64,000 nucleotides of DNA from Octopus sinensis. Taxonomy: Eukaryota. The number at the start of each line of letters is the position of its first letter. Positions within the stretch are counted from its first letter, which is position 1. Where the stretch lies: assembly GCF_006345805.1 (NCBI RefSeq), contig NC_043009.1:15934001-15998000 (forward strand). Direction: 5' to 3'. Made by a program: the position numbers and the translations under genes. The notes under the pieces were generated by a model, which saw only the letters and a program-made list of their open reading frames with translations, was not told the origin of the DNA and ran no database searches. This document shows positions 41,258 to 54,420 of this stretch, piece after piece.

Positions 41258-41783
41258 TAGATATTTGCTGCATATACAATGGGATTGCTTCTTCTTGGAA
41301 AATTAATTTTCATTTCAGAATTCCTTGGATTTCTTGTGATTCTGGAAACTTTCGTTTCCAAAACTTCGTATTTTACTTGGTTTTTGAACGTTTCTTATAT
41401 TTTGCTGTCAAGAGAAAACCTGAACTTTATGGAGATGTATTTTTAGTTTCTACAAAAAGTGAAAAACAAACTAGTTGAAATTTAGACTAATACAATAATT
41501 ATTGACAGGGCGCAAATTCGGACCGATACATTTGAATATTCATATATTAAGAAGAATGGATTCTGCAGGAAATGCTAATTGAAAGTGTGAGGTTCCTTCT
41601 ACTTTCATGAATATCTTCTGCTAGCTTTGGTAAAGAGACGTATAAGGTCACCTTCTTCCCAAGATTTTAATCGAATATATCAATTCGCCAACATTTTTTT
41701 CCAGTTTGGTACTTCTTAATATGGTGGTTGCAAATTTACCAGAACAGTTTACACAGTATTCGTGCAAATACACACAGACAGAT

Positions 41784-41850
<67 letters not shown>

Positions 41851-42054
41851 TATAGAAGGAGCTTCTACAGGACTAGAACTGTTTCATTCAAAAGAAATCA
41901 TCAGGAAGCTTCCTAATGGGCTTCCTGATGATTTCTTTTGAATGAAACAGTTCTAGTCCTGTAGAAGCTCCTTCTATAAAATAAATTAATTTACTCTGCT
42001 ATGTATTGAGTACCTTATTTACTGTGGTTAACCCCGACTCAACCCGGGACCTAC

Positions 42055-42055
<1 letters not shown>
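41851..42055 (+). mobile_element. Fold-back Penelope-like terminal fragment in (TA)n with hammerhead-like motif (41918-41959)
   Basis: Perfect 59-bp inverted repeat at 41851-41909 / 41920-41978 containing CTGATGA-TTTCTTTTGAAT-GAAAC, followed by about 75 bp of unique sequence. Confidence 0.7.
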
Positions 42056-42118
<63 letters not shown>

Positions 42119-42159
42119 TATATATATAGAGAGATATATAGATAGATAGATAGATAGAT

Positions 42160-42233
<74 letters not shown>

Positions 42234-42499
42234 TAGATATAGATATTGATAGATATATATACATACATATATAGATACAGGTATGTATACATATGTATGC
42301 ATAAATATACATAGAAAGAGGGAAAGAAAGATAGATATCGTGGTTGTTGTTGTCGTTTTATGTATGTACATAGATACTTTTTGCTTTTTCTGAAGTCCAT
42401 AGAACATATAAGAAATCTTTGAGTTAATGTTTTCTTTCTTGAATTAACATCATTGTAACGGATAATATATATATATATGTATATCTTTATATATATAAT

Positions 42500-42840
42500 T
42501 TACAAGATAAGGGCATTCTATCACTCTGTGAAAGTTTCTAGTTCGAATCACACGTGTCTCGAGGTGCGTCGAAGATTTTTCTATTTTGGATATTTTGGGG
42601 GTACTTAAGACTGCTCGTGACTTGGTGCTTGCTTCTTCCATGGGTATGAGTAAGTATTTCATTTCTATCTCACGCATTTTCCGCTGAAGAGGGGGAAATT
42701 TCTTGTGAATTAACCCCGAAATTGGACCAATACGATAATAACGAATTTTTTAGAGATTTCTATCGGTTTGTTTCGAGACGCATAAATTTAATGGTTATCG
42801 ACAATTTTTTATTTGGGCGTGTCTGGCATTAGAATTTTTG
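42500..42840 (+). mobile_element. Probable Penelope-like fragment with hammerhead-like motif (42684-42735)
   Basis: CTGAAGA-GGGGG..CCCC-GAAA-TTGGAC, adjacent to a (TA)n tract; the cleavage triplet is non-consensus. Confidence 0.45.
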
Positions 42841-42884
42841 AAAGTCTGTCTGTGTTCATTTTTGAATGTCTGTCTGTGTTCAGA

Positions 42885-43020
42885 CAGACATTGCTTACAA
42901 CCGATGTTGGTGTGTTTACAACCCCGTAACTTACCAGTTCGGGAAAAGGAAACGATAGAATAAGTACTAGGCTTACAAAGAATAAGTCCTGGGGTCGATT
43001 TGTTCGACTAAAGGTGGTGT
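42885..43020 (+). mobile_element. SINE family A, 3' half
   Basis: CAACCGATGTTGGTGTGTTTAC..GATAGAATAAGTACTAGGCTTACAAAGAATAAGTCCTGGGGTCGAT. Confidence 0.85.
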
Positions 43021-43240
43021 GGAAATTAGCTGCCCAACGGATGTTAAGATAAAGTTAAAGATCAGTGAAAAAGAGAACACCTATGCTGAAGTATTTGCAG
43101 TTACTCCATCCAGATTACAAGTTCAAGTTTATACATATAATTATTGGGGCCCTGGTATATGTAAGACACTGCCCAAATACCGATCTTGAGAAATTAGGCT
43201 TCCCAAAATCAGAAATGAGAAAGCTAATTCGAAAACTGAA
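43015..43240 (+). mobile_element. R4/Dong-clade LINE C-terminal restriction-like endonuclease fragment
   Basis: VVEISCPTDVKI..EKENTY / YLQLLHPDYKFKFIHIIIGAL..LEKLGF. Confidence 0.78.
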
Positions 43241-44336
43241 TAATGACATACGTACATATATACATACATACACACACGCATACATACATGCATGCATGCA
43301 TACATACATACATACATGCATACATACATGCATACATACATACATGCATGCATACATACATACATACATACATACATACATACATACATACATACATGCA
43401 TACATACATACATGCATACATACATACATACATACATACATACATACATAAGTTCAAATAGAATCAGACCAGAATTGTTCAGAAGGAAAACAAAAACAAT
43501 ACACAAACTACAAAAGTACACGATAAACAAAGTTCCATAAATTCTTCAGTGTCGACCCGTATCTTTCATGTTTTGACACTTCCAACACAATATTTCGATT
43601 CAGTACTATCAATAAGTTAAACGGAATCTGCCAGGGGACATGGCCTACAGACACTAACATTGAACATTCACAGGAAAATCACTAAAATTGATGCTAATAC
43701 TTTTCCGAAACAAAATAGCAAAGCAGAAAAAAAATGCATTTTGACAGAAAACGAGTTACTGGAAGTACAAGAGAAGGCTATGTGTGACAGAAAAGGAGGC
43801 CGAAGAGGAAAGAAATGTGAGCTTTTATATTATAATTTTAAAATATTATATGACACAATGAACAAAATTTGTCAGACTGTTTGAACGGTCAAGGGAATAC
43901 AGAGAGAAAGAAGAAGAATAATGGCAGTGTTGCTTTCTGAATAGGAAGAGGTTACAGGAGAAAGAGAAAGGCAGGAACCATAAAGAAAGTGAAGGAGAGA
44001 CAACGAGAAATAGAGAGAATATAGTGCAAAGACATTAACAAAAGAACGTGATAGAAAACATCAGCTCATAAAACAGAGAGAGTAGAGAAATCGCGCGAAT
44101 GTTGCAGAAAGCACAAAAGAAGTACGAACTTTTAAAAAGCGGTGTTGCATTATAGTTATAAGGGGGGGGGAAAGGCTGCACAAAATGACATACATACATA
44201 TAGATACATACACACACGCATACATGCATACATACATACATACATGCAAACATACATACATACATACATACATACATACATACATACATACATGCATGCA
44301 TGCATACATACATACATGCAAACATACATACATACA

Positions 44337-44370
<34 letters not shown>

Positions 44371-44597
44371 CATACATACATACATACATACATACATACA
44401 TACACACACGCATACATGCAACATACATACATACATACATACATACATACATACATACATACATACATACATACATACATACATACATACACAAGTTCAA
44501 ATAGAATCAGACCAGAATTGTTCAGAAGAAAAACAAAAACAATATACAAACTACAAAAGAACACGATAAACAAAGTTCCATACATTCCATACATTCT
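43241..44597. repeat. Two direct copies of an AATGA-(CATA)n-95 bp module (about 43241-43547 and 44183-44597) flanking about 640 bp
   Basis: AAGTTCAAATAGAATCAGACCAGAATTGTTCAGAAG..ATAAACAAAGTTCCATA is near-identical in both copies, and both begin AATGACATAC. Confidence 0.92.
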
Positions 44598-45291
44598 TTA
44601 TATGGTAAACAAGTTGCCATTTCCTCGTTGGCCATAAACGAGATCTCAATGCAATTTACCTCGGTGACTTTCGACAGAACTTCTTGATTTAATAGTGTTA
44701 GCAGCTACTATAGTACCTTCAGCCAAAGAAGGCAAAGACAGGCATAAACACGCGAGAAAGCGGAAGTGTTGCTTTCTTCGGGGGAATTGTTAGGGGAAAA
44801 TGAGAGAAAGAAAGAATGAAGAGAAAGAGAGAGAGGGAATGAGAGAGAAATGGGGCGGGGAATGATAGTAGCCCTGGCTGAAAGGTATACCAATGCAAAA
44901 GTGGTGGTAAAAACAGATCTCAGGAGAGGGATGTAATGAACTTGGAACACAGAGACGGGAAGTAATTAGCAACGCAGAGACAATATCAACAGAAAAGGGA
45001 AGCGAACAAGTAAGCCGTGAGTACATCGCTAGAACATGGAGTGAATCTTTAAGATATATGTTTGTACTGACTGTCTGGGTATTTGTGTGCGTATGTTTAC
45101 AAATAAGAGATATATGACTCAATAGCTAAAGCGGAATATGTTTATTTGCTGCAAATCTACATAAGTGACCAGACTTTTCACTGATTTGTGTAGCTTCATA
45201 TCTGATAACTATATTGGCTGTTTGAATTTTTCATATAGACTCTTGTTATTCCAAACATAATATGTTATTCTTAAGGATTTCGCTTGTGAGA

Positions 45292-45398
<107 letters not shown>

Positions 45399-47769
45399 TA
45401 GTGTAGTGATGTATAACCATAGTAGAGAAGCTACACTATAGTTAAAATGAATATTCAATTCATGTGTTGATTAGAGGGAATATATTTTTTTCGTAGTAAG
45501 CGTCACTTTAAGCTGAATCTGTTCCAGCGCGTCTTATGAGTCTATCTAGACTCGCATTGACTCGTATTGACAAGGCATTGAATCATACACCTATTAAGTA
45601 CTCATGCATACGTGTTCAGATTCTACCGGGTAGCCTGACATCGCTGGCACTCCCTACATACAGGTTGTGTACGTATGTGTAAACGTAGGTGTATGTACAT
45701 GTTAATAAGGGGTATTGTGATTGAATGAGGGGTTTGATTTGGCTAATAAATGCACACGCATTGCACTATTTAAACTTATATAGCTCTGCGAATGTGATAA
45801 AATACCTAACACAAGCATATTAGCTTGGAGATAACCTGCAAAGGGATTTATGGTTTTCAATAAAATGATTTAAAGGAAGTCACATGTAAAACGATAAGAA
45901 CCATGGGTAAAAATGCAGATGTATTTTTAGGGACAATAAGCACTTAACCGCAATTTTAACAATATCTTTCACAGAGCTGCCTACTTTTCAACACCAATGA
46001 ATAATGGGAAAAAAAGGAAAGGTCTTTATTACTGCCATTGTTGGAGAAGACATTTTTCTAGTGTCCCTTTGGCTATATGATTGCAAAGACGGTGCTATTA
46101 GAAAAGTTACAAAAATAATAATCATTAAGAAAATTAGCAACAATTGTCAATAGACTAAGCAGCAATATGTTTTTGTCAACTCGTTGTTATCCGATAAGGT
46201 CAATAGCGTTAAGAGCAATTCAAAGGTTTCCCTTAATTCTTTGTTCTTATTCCATCTATTTATATGTATTTTTAATTTCAATATTGCTCCTTGTTGAAAA
46301 CGCAGAAGGAAAATAGATCCACTTTAGAAAAGGAAAATTATGGGAAAGAGAAGATTGTATTTTAAATGGGATCAAAACATTGCAATTAATTCTTTTCTAT
46401 ATTTTTAAATAAATTAATTTGATGCATTTGAGTAGAAATAATTGTATTTGACTGAAACACTTAAATGGCTTGGGGATTAAACTGAATATCAGAATCAACT
46501 ATAACAAAACCCACCTAAGAAAATATCAAAAACTAATTATACAAACTATTCAAATAATGAAAACAGAGAAAATTGCTGCCATCAGAAAATTATTTCTCTC
46601 AAACGATGCTTTAGTCAAGTGAAGGAACAACATCTTTCTATGGATTCTTTTCGATATCATCTCTGAGTTGAAAATGGAGGTATATTATATTCCAGTAATT
46701 TATAAAGTAACATTTATGTTACTTCTTAAGTAAACTGATTTCGTTGCGCTGCTAGAAATATAAGTGTCATTGTGCAATGAAGAAGACAGCACAGGTTCCC
46801 AAGTGTTTCAACCCATGATTCTATCCTGTTTATTTCATTTTCACTGATTGTTTTATTGAGAATACAAATAATATCATAGCAAAGATATAACACTGATATA
46901 AAATTGATGTTATAATAAACCAGTTAAAAACAACTTGTGTAGTTACCGGACCTACTAGAAATAGTTGCCAAATGCAAATCAACCCACACTTTACTATCTA
47001 AACAAGGAATCTGTTAAATTTCATAATTTAGTCCAGGAAACATTGTTTGAAAAGGAAATGTGGTAAAAATGGCTATAATGTCAATAGAGGTGACTCGTGG
47101 TTAAACAAGGGCAACAAAACCGTACTGTACACAACCTATTGACAGTAAGGCTGCTTTTCGAGAGAACTAGACCGTCATAATGCATGACCCTTTGTGAATA
47201 GTTCAGTATTACGCAATGAATTCAAACAATGTTGGCGGAGCTTCCTTCCAGCACGTTCAGGTAGACAAATAAATATCAGTTGTATCTGGGCTCATCTCTA
47301 TTAAATATCTGTCCTTCGACAATATACTCGGGTGCAGCAAGAGCTATGATAGCAACCGACATGACACGAAATGAGAGAACTGATCACAGAACACAGCCAG
47401 CTGTGATTATTGCATTTCACACAAGCTGCCATTAGCGGTTTCTATTAAATCATGACGTACCGTAACTTGCCATTTATTTCTTTTCTCAAATAGCCACGTT
47501 TTATGAGTACGTGTGTGCGTGTATGTGTGTGTGTGCGTGAGGTGTGTTTGTGTGCGCGTATGTCCCGCGTTTCAGTTGATAAAAACGTTTATGAACAAAA
47601 GTAACATAATCTCTCCCTCTCTCTCACTCTCTCTCTCACTCTCTCTCACTCTCTCTCTCACTCTCTCTCACTCTCTCTCTCTCTGTCTATCTATTTATCT
47701 ATCTGTTTATTTATCCATCTATCTATCTATCTATCTGTCTATATATAGATAGATAGATAGATAGATAGA

Positions 47770-47936
47770 TAGGTGCTGGAGTGGATGTGTGGTAAGTAGC
47801 TTGCTTACCAGCCCCATGGCTCCGGGTTCAGTCCCACTCCGTGGTACCATGCGCAAGTGTCTTCTACAATAGCCTTGGGCAGACCAATGCTTTGTGATTG
47901 GATTTGGTAGACGGAAACTGAAAGATGCCCATCGTA
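47770..47936 (+). mobile_element. SINE family A, 5' half
   Basis: GGAGTGGATGTGTGGTAAGTAGCTTGC..GGTTCAGTCCC..GGAAACTGAAAGATGCCCATCG, then (TA)n. Confidence 0.88.
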
Positions 47937-47937
47937 T

Positions 47938-47968
<31 letters not shown>

Positions 47969-50583
47969 TAATATATATATATATATACATAAAAGCAAAT
48001 AAATGGTACAACGAAGTACCGATATTTACTGGCAAATAGCGAACGTAATAAATACGACGCTAATGTATAGCTTCACTGCGTATGTACTAGCAAAAATGCG
48101 TGTGTGCAACAAACTTGAAAAAAATTGCCTTACCTCCAGGGAGAACATCTGAAAGATGAAATACCTAGAAAGGTACCGGTTTCAGATTTTTCAAGATATG
48201 TCTGCACACATATACTTGATTTATCTTCATCAGCAAACATATACCTCGACACAATTTCAAATGTTGCCACATCCATGCCAATACACTCGACTGAACGCCA
48301 AGACGTTGACAGAAGGAGAACAGTGAAGAAGTTTTAATAAAAGTAGTAAAGCAATACGAAAGTATTGCTTTCCAGTAAAGAATAGCCCGTGAGGAAAAAT
48401 TATACATAAAAGCAAATAAATACGACTACGCATTTCGCCCGGCATGCTAACGTTTCTGCCAGTATTAGAATTAATATCACACTAATACTATGGAGAAAAG
48501 GATATTTTCGACTAACTAAAATCATTCCTTCAATTTTTAATACAAGGGTAGATGCTTATTCCGTAAATTTAATCGCATCTACTCACTGTAAAAGGCTGAA
48601 TGATTGTCAAGCTTACAAAGATCCGAGCGCAAAATATAGTACAAGAATGATGGATTTTACGGATTTGGATAAAATGAAAGTGAAGTGTTAGATCAGTAAA
48701 ATGTATTTAGTTTCATGTATTTATACAACTTTGTATGCCGTAGAGAGTAGAGGAATCTGACGGTTTACAATTGATTCTACTTTTGAGAGATAACTACTCG
48801 AAATATTTCTTTTCTGACGGAGAAATGGTTACTTTAAAAAAATCACGTTCTGTCTTTTTCTCCGTGATATATGAACACTACTGTATTGTGTTAGCCATGC
48901 TTGACGTATGCATTTTCAACCGCTCGCTTAAAATCCATAGTCATTCTTAGTTGACATTGGAATTAAATATTCCTATGTTAAAAAATAACAGTCGATAATT
49001 TGGGTTCATGTGATCAATTTTTATTTTTTTAAATAACAATTTCTTAATTTGACACAAGAGAAAAGTATTAAAAAAATGTATTAAATCAGGCTATGTATAT
49101 AAAGGGTACAGATTTTTACCAAGTCTTGTAAAATGAAGTTTTAAGTGTAACCCGATGAGATGTGAACTTGGGATAAAAAGAGAGGAATCGCTATTAACAA
49201 TATTTCCGTTCCGATCTTTTTTTCTAGGTCTTAAGAGACTGCACGTATGTTAGCCGTGATAATACATATACGAAACGTAAGAAAAAAAATTACTTGTGGG
49301 TAATTATTTCTAGTATTGTTGTTGCTTTGGTTCTTATCCTGATTTGCTTAAATCGTAATTTTCCTGAGAAATTGCCAAACTTGCTATATCTGTGTGTGTG
49401 TGTGCATATATATATATATATATATTGTAAACACACACACACATATAGATGAATATATCATGCGTATATATTTTTTTCTGATTTTCACCATTATTACTCT
49501 TTTACTTATTCCATTACAATTTCTTCCTTTTCATTTTTTTTCATTCTACTCGATGTTATTATATTCATCACTTTATTGATAACTTTTGTATTTACTGTTA
49601 GTCTTTCTGCTCTTATCTTTGTTGTACAAGTTTTTTTCTGATCATCTCAGTCTATTGGTGGCACTTTCGAGACTAACCAAAAAATAATTTTAAGCAAGAA
49701 AAATCATTGAGCATTCAATAAAAAAAAGTACTGAAAAAAAAATAATATGAGCAAAAACTAATAAACATTGCTACGACTAATGCTACCGATGTAGTTCCAA
49801 AGTGAAATTGAAGATGTCGAAAGTTATGTGATGTTAACAACTCAACATTAAGAATTCAAAGAAATATTTACTTCAAAGTAGATAAAAGCCTTCAGAGGCC
49901 GAAATGTATCCTAAGTAAATATCTTACAGGAAAACATACCTGTGCTGCACACATGTACATTCCTATACTTACACAGCTCACATTCTCTCAACGTACACTC
50001 TTTCTCTCTTTCTCTCTCTCACACACAGTCTCATTTCTTATTCTCACTCTCTCACACATACACACACATATATATGTAAGTACATACAAAGTCTGTTTGT
50101 GGTATGCGTGTGGATGGAAGTAGTTACGCTGCATCACTCTGGATTTGTGCTGCATTGAACAAAAATACAACTTTGAAGTATAGGCTTATAATAAATGATA
50201 TTCTTATGTAAATAACCACCTAGAGCTAAATATGCATGCATCCACACGCACACACATATATATGCATAGATATAGATATAGATATAGGTATAGATATATG
50301 TATGTGTGTATGTATGTATGTATGTATGTATGTATGAATGTACATACGCATGTATGTATACATACATATATATAATACATACACACACACATATATATAT
50401 ATATATATACAAACATGTTTATATATGTGTATGCATGTGTATGTATATATATATATATATGCAAGTACATATGAATGTATGTATACCATATAGCACATGA
50501 ATGTAGCATAAATATTTGCTACATTGTTTTCACAATAGCTTATTTAATGCATATAAAACTATATCAGATTTTTTCTCGATCAG

Positions 50584-50646
50584 TGAGTGGATTTGGTAGA
50601 CGGAAACGGAAACAAACCCGTCGTATATATATATGTATGTGTGTGT

Positions 50647-50689
<43 letters not shown>

Positions 50690-50925
50690 TGTGTGTGTCT
50701 GTGTGTGTATATATATGTTTGTGTGTCTGTGTTTGCCCCCCCCCCCCCCATAGCATGATGTTGGTGTGTTTACGACCTGTAACTTAGTGGTTCGACAAAA
50801 GATATCGAAAGAACAAGAACTATGCTTACAAGGAATAAGTCCTGGGGTCGATTTGCTCGACTAAAGGCGGTGCTCCAGCATAACCGCAGTCAAATGACTG
50901 AAACAAATAAAAGAATAAAAGAAAG
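50584..50925 (+). mobile_element. SINE family A, 5'-truncated
   Basis: Body, internal microsatellite and AAAAGAAT tail. Confidence 0.88.
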
Positions 50926-50935
50926 AATATATATT

Positions 50936-50995
<60 letters not shown>

Positions 50996-50997
<2 letters not shown>

Positions 50998-51157
50998 ATT
51001 GCCGCGTGAAAGTTCTTTATAAGCCATTTAAAAACACAAAATCGTTAGATTCACTTCAACATTTAAATTTAATTTGCCAAAATATTTTCGTCGCTTTGAG
51101 ATCGCGACCTGTTTACTGAATTTTGTCAGTGATCAGGTCTCGCGGTCTCAAAGCTAC
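50996..51157 (-). mobile_element. Fold-back Penelope-like terminal fragment with two copies of the G3:C8 hammerhead variant
   Basis: 50996-51119 is homologous to 18073-18199; 51115-51157 is an inverted partial copy joined through ACTGA. Confidence 0.7.
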
Positions 51158-51676
51158 TAGAATATCCTCAAGCAAATCTGGACAGAACTAAAAGATGAGT
51201 TCGTCAGAAGATTCCATGCAATCTTGAAGAACTGTGGGAACTCAATCACAGAGAACGGTATCTCATACTTGTGAAGTTGGTGAAAGCATTGTACGCTTCT
51301 TTTCTCAGACGCATTGAAGCAATTATTCAAGCTAAGAGAAACCACACGGAATATTAGTAATGCAACAGTACCTTCTAGAAATGAATATTATGTAATAAAT
51401 TTTCGTTATACATTTTTTTTCTGTTTTTAAAAATGGTACCTTGATTGGTTTATGTGAAGTGGCCGAAAACTTTTGCACGGCCATTTTTTGCGGTCATCTC
51501 GCATTTTCTCTCATTCAGAACCTCTACAACAAAACATAAAGATTAGGTATGGAAATGGTTCCAACAGGGACAATGTTGCATCTGTAAAAACGCAATGCGT
51601 AACATCCACTTATAAATTGGCAATTAGTAGGATTTTACAATAGTTTAAAGCGGCCGAAGACTTTTGCATGGTACTG
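51158..51676 (+). mobile_element. Tc1 transposon 3' end with IR/DR-type terminal repeat
   Basis: QIWTELK..NLEELWE..RRIEAIIQAKRNHTEY*. Direct repeats GTGGCCGAAAACTTTTGCACGG (about 51459) and GCGGCCGAAGACTTTTGCATGG (about 51650); terminus GTACTG|TA. Confidence 0.85.
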
Positions 51677-51749
51677 TATATGTATATATCAGAGAAATAG
51701 AGAGAAATAAGTAAGGATACAGATGTATGCATATCAAATACGTTATTCT

Positions 51750-52135
51750 ATGTGTGTATCTCTATGGTTGTTTGTTTGTGTCTGTGTGTGCATGTGTGTG
51801 TACGCGTGTGTATGTGTGCATTTGTATGGTTGTTTGTTTGTGTATGTGTGTGTGCGTGTGTGTGTACGCGTGTGTGTGTACGCGTGTGTGTGTACGCATG
51901 TGTATGTGTGCAATTGTATGGTTGTTTGTTTGTGTGTGTGTGCGTGTGTGTACGTGTGTGTATGTGTACATTTGTATGGTTGTTTGTGGGGGGTGCGCAC
52001 GTGTGTGTGCGTGTATGTGTGTATCTGTATGGCTGTTTGTTTGTGTGTGTACGTGTGTGTGTACGTGTGTGTGTATGTGTGTGTGCATGTGTGTGTGTAT
52101 CTGTATGGCTGTGTGTGTGTGTGTGTGTGTGTATG
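51750..52135. repeat. Cryptic minisatellite built on (GT)n, with about six TATGG(T/C)TGT anchors
   Basis: Anchors near 51763, 51825, 51917, 51975, 52028 and 52104. Confidence 0.85.
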
Positions 52136-52516
52136 TGTGTGTGTGCATGCGTGTTTCTGTGTGTATGCGGTATATTCTGTCCCCAGAAACTGCACCAGAT
52201 ATTTAATGATGCTCGAAGCTCTTTCTCTTAATGTCGAGTAATGCATTTATTTTGTTGAGAACCCTACCAGATATAATTTACTTAGGAATTCCTATACTGA
52301 AACAATATTTTGTGTGTGTGTGTGTGTTGTGTGTGTGTGTGTATGTGTGTGTGTGCATGCGTGTTTCTGTGTGTATGCGGTATATTCTGTCCCCAGAAAC
52401 TGCACCAGATATTTAATGATGCTCGAAGCTCTTTCTCTTAATGTCGAGTAATGCATTTATTTTGTTGAGAACCCTACCAGATATAATTTACTTAGGAATT
52501 CCTATACTGAAACAAT

Positions 52517-52530
<14 letters not shown>
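52120..52530. repeat. Exact tandem duplication, 210-bp period, bounded by (GT)n
   Basis: 52141-52320 equals 52351-52530. Confidence 0.96.
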
Positions 52531-52547
<17 letters not shown>

Positions 52548-52883
52548 TCATGGACGGTCAATGTGCCAATAAATATCTAAATAAACACCCACATTGGTTC
52601 AGTATCGCGTCTTTGGTTAACTAACTTTCTATTGATTTATTTAACGTGTTGATTCAATAACCAAGTGGTTGTTAGTCTTCTCTTTCCGAATTCCTTCGCC
52701 GCTATTGGTGACCTCATCTGTGACATGTCCTTCCCTTCAAGGTCTGTTTGATACTGTCCAAGAACTAGGCTTATGCCTATTCGTATCTATGTATGTGTGT
52801 ATGTATGTGTGTATGTATGTATGTATGTATGTATGTATGTATGTATGTATGTATGTATGTATGTATGTATGTATGGATGTATG

Positions 52884-53217
52884 TCAAGCATACACGACTG
52901 CAAACATTGCAGACCAAGCTTTCCCCATTCACTATACGAGCCGTGCGCTTTCGCGCAGCTTGCTTAACTTCTTCATGCTGGATACGTGCTCTCTCAAAAG
53001 TGTCGATCCCCTCCTTAACCTGCTTCCTCCATCTGTGGCGATGACAGGCATTGTTCTCCCAGTCAGTGTCCTGCATATCACAGGCCTTTAATGAGGACTT
53101 GACACCAACGGAGCCGCAAATGCAAAATATAAGTTAGTACTAGAGCACACAATGTTCCTGATGGTCGGCAATGGTCTTCCTCGGTCACGAGTGGACGGCC
53201 ATCATCATCATCATCAT
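52884..53217. mobile_element. RTE-clade LINE 3' end with 5' inversion
   Basis: Minus strand 53090-52884 reads DWENNACHRHRWRKQVKEG..LVCNVCSRVCL. Plus strand 53095-53217 reads GL..HQRSRKCKI* followed by a 3' UTR and (CAT)n tail. Confidence 0.82.
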
Positions 53218-53859
53218 GTATGCATGTATGTATGTATGTATTTGTATCTATGTATGTATCTTCGTATGTATGCATTGCATGCATGTATGTATGAATGAGT
53301 GTGTGTGTTTGTGTGTATGTCTGCCTATATATACATATATATGTATGAAGATCTGTAAGGGTTTACTTATGCACGTGTGTGCTCGACATGGGTGGAAGTG
53401 TGGTGTCGTATTTTTTCTATAGGTGAGCGTCTGTCTGTGTATTTTCGTGTGTGCATTCTTGTACGAGTGTGTTTCCGATGCATGTCGTGTGTGTGTGTGT
53501 GTGTGTGGTGTACTTCCTCTTTTACAAGATTAGTGCCTGTGTGTATGCGGGTGTGCGTTTTTATGCATGTGTTACTCCGCGTGTGTGCGTACGCGCGCGC
53601 GTCTATGTGTGCTTGTGTATACTTGAGTCTGTGTGTTACCGCGGACGTGTATGTGTGCTTGGATGTTCATAATTACATGCATGTACGTTTATGGATTTCT
53701 GTGTATCCTGCTATCATTCTATTATTATCCTATATACCTACCTATACTTACATATGCCCACCCACCAACACTGACGTATAGACATCCACATTATGCATCT
53801 ACTACGTGGACAGTGCCAGTGGTGTTGTGGCACTATTATTTACAATATATGTAGAATAT

Positions 53860-54420
53860 ATGTATTCTAATTAGTGTTGACATCGTCTCATGTATGAGAA
53901 TATATTCAGGTATCTGCCTTAACCATGAGTCTCTCGGAAGTTTACACAAACTTTCGATAACAATTTCATTCAGTATGCCACTAGGTTGATGTTTGGATGT
54001 TGGGTGAGTATCCATGACTGTTTCCTTAAACTCACGTCAGTATTCACTCATCCTCTCAGCTAAACTCCTAGATGTCTCCCCAATATATGCTATATTCCTA
54101 TTGCTACAATGACATAACCCGCCATGCATTTGTTTGGTTAATTACATTCCTGAACTTACACTTAATATTAGAGTTCAAAGTACATACAATTCAGTTCCTA
54201 TCAATATATATGACTCGTCAAAGGGATACGTCTTACATAACTGTGATTTGATGGACCTCTCTGCATTTTCTACAACATTAATGCTGAGTTTAGCTTTCTT
54301 CATAGTCTTCCTAGACCTGCGGGCTAACTCCCCATACGGCGTAGACTCTACAAACATTCCCCTTTGAAATATTTTTTTGTTGAACCTCGTGTTTATTCGG
54401 CTTGCTTTATCACCAGTCCC
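53860..54420 (-). pseudogene. Decayed Penelope-like element linker plus GIY-YIG endonuclease
   Basis: MFVESTPYGELARR..INVVE..SIKSQL..YPF, then AYIGETSRSLAERMSEY..RDSWLRQIPE..IH, with stops and frameshifts. Confidence 0.82.
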
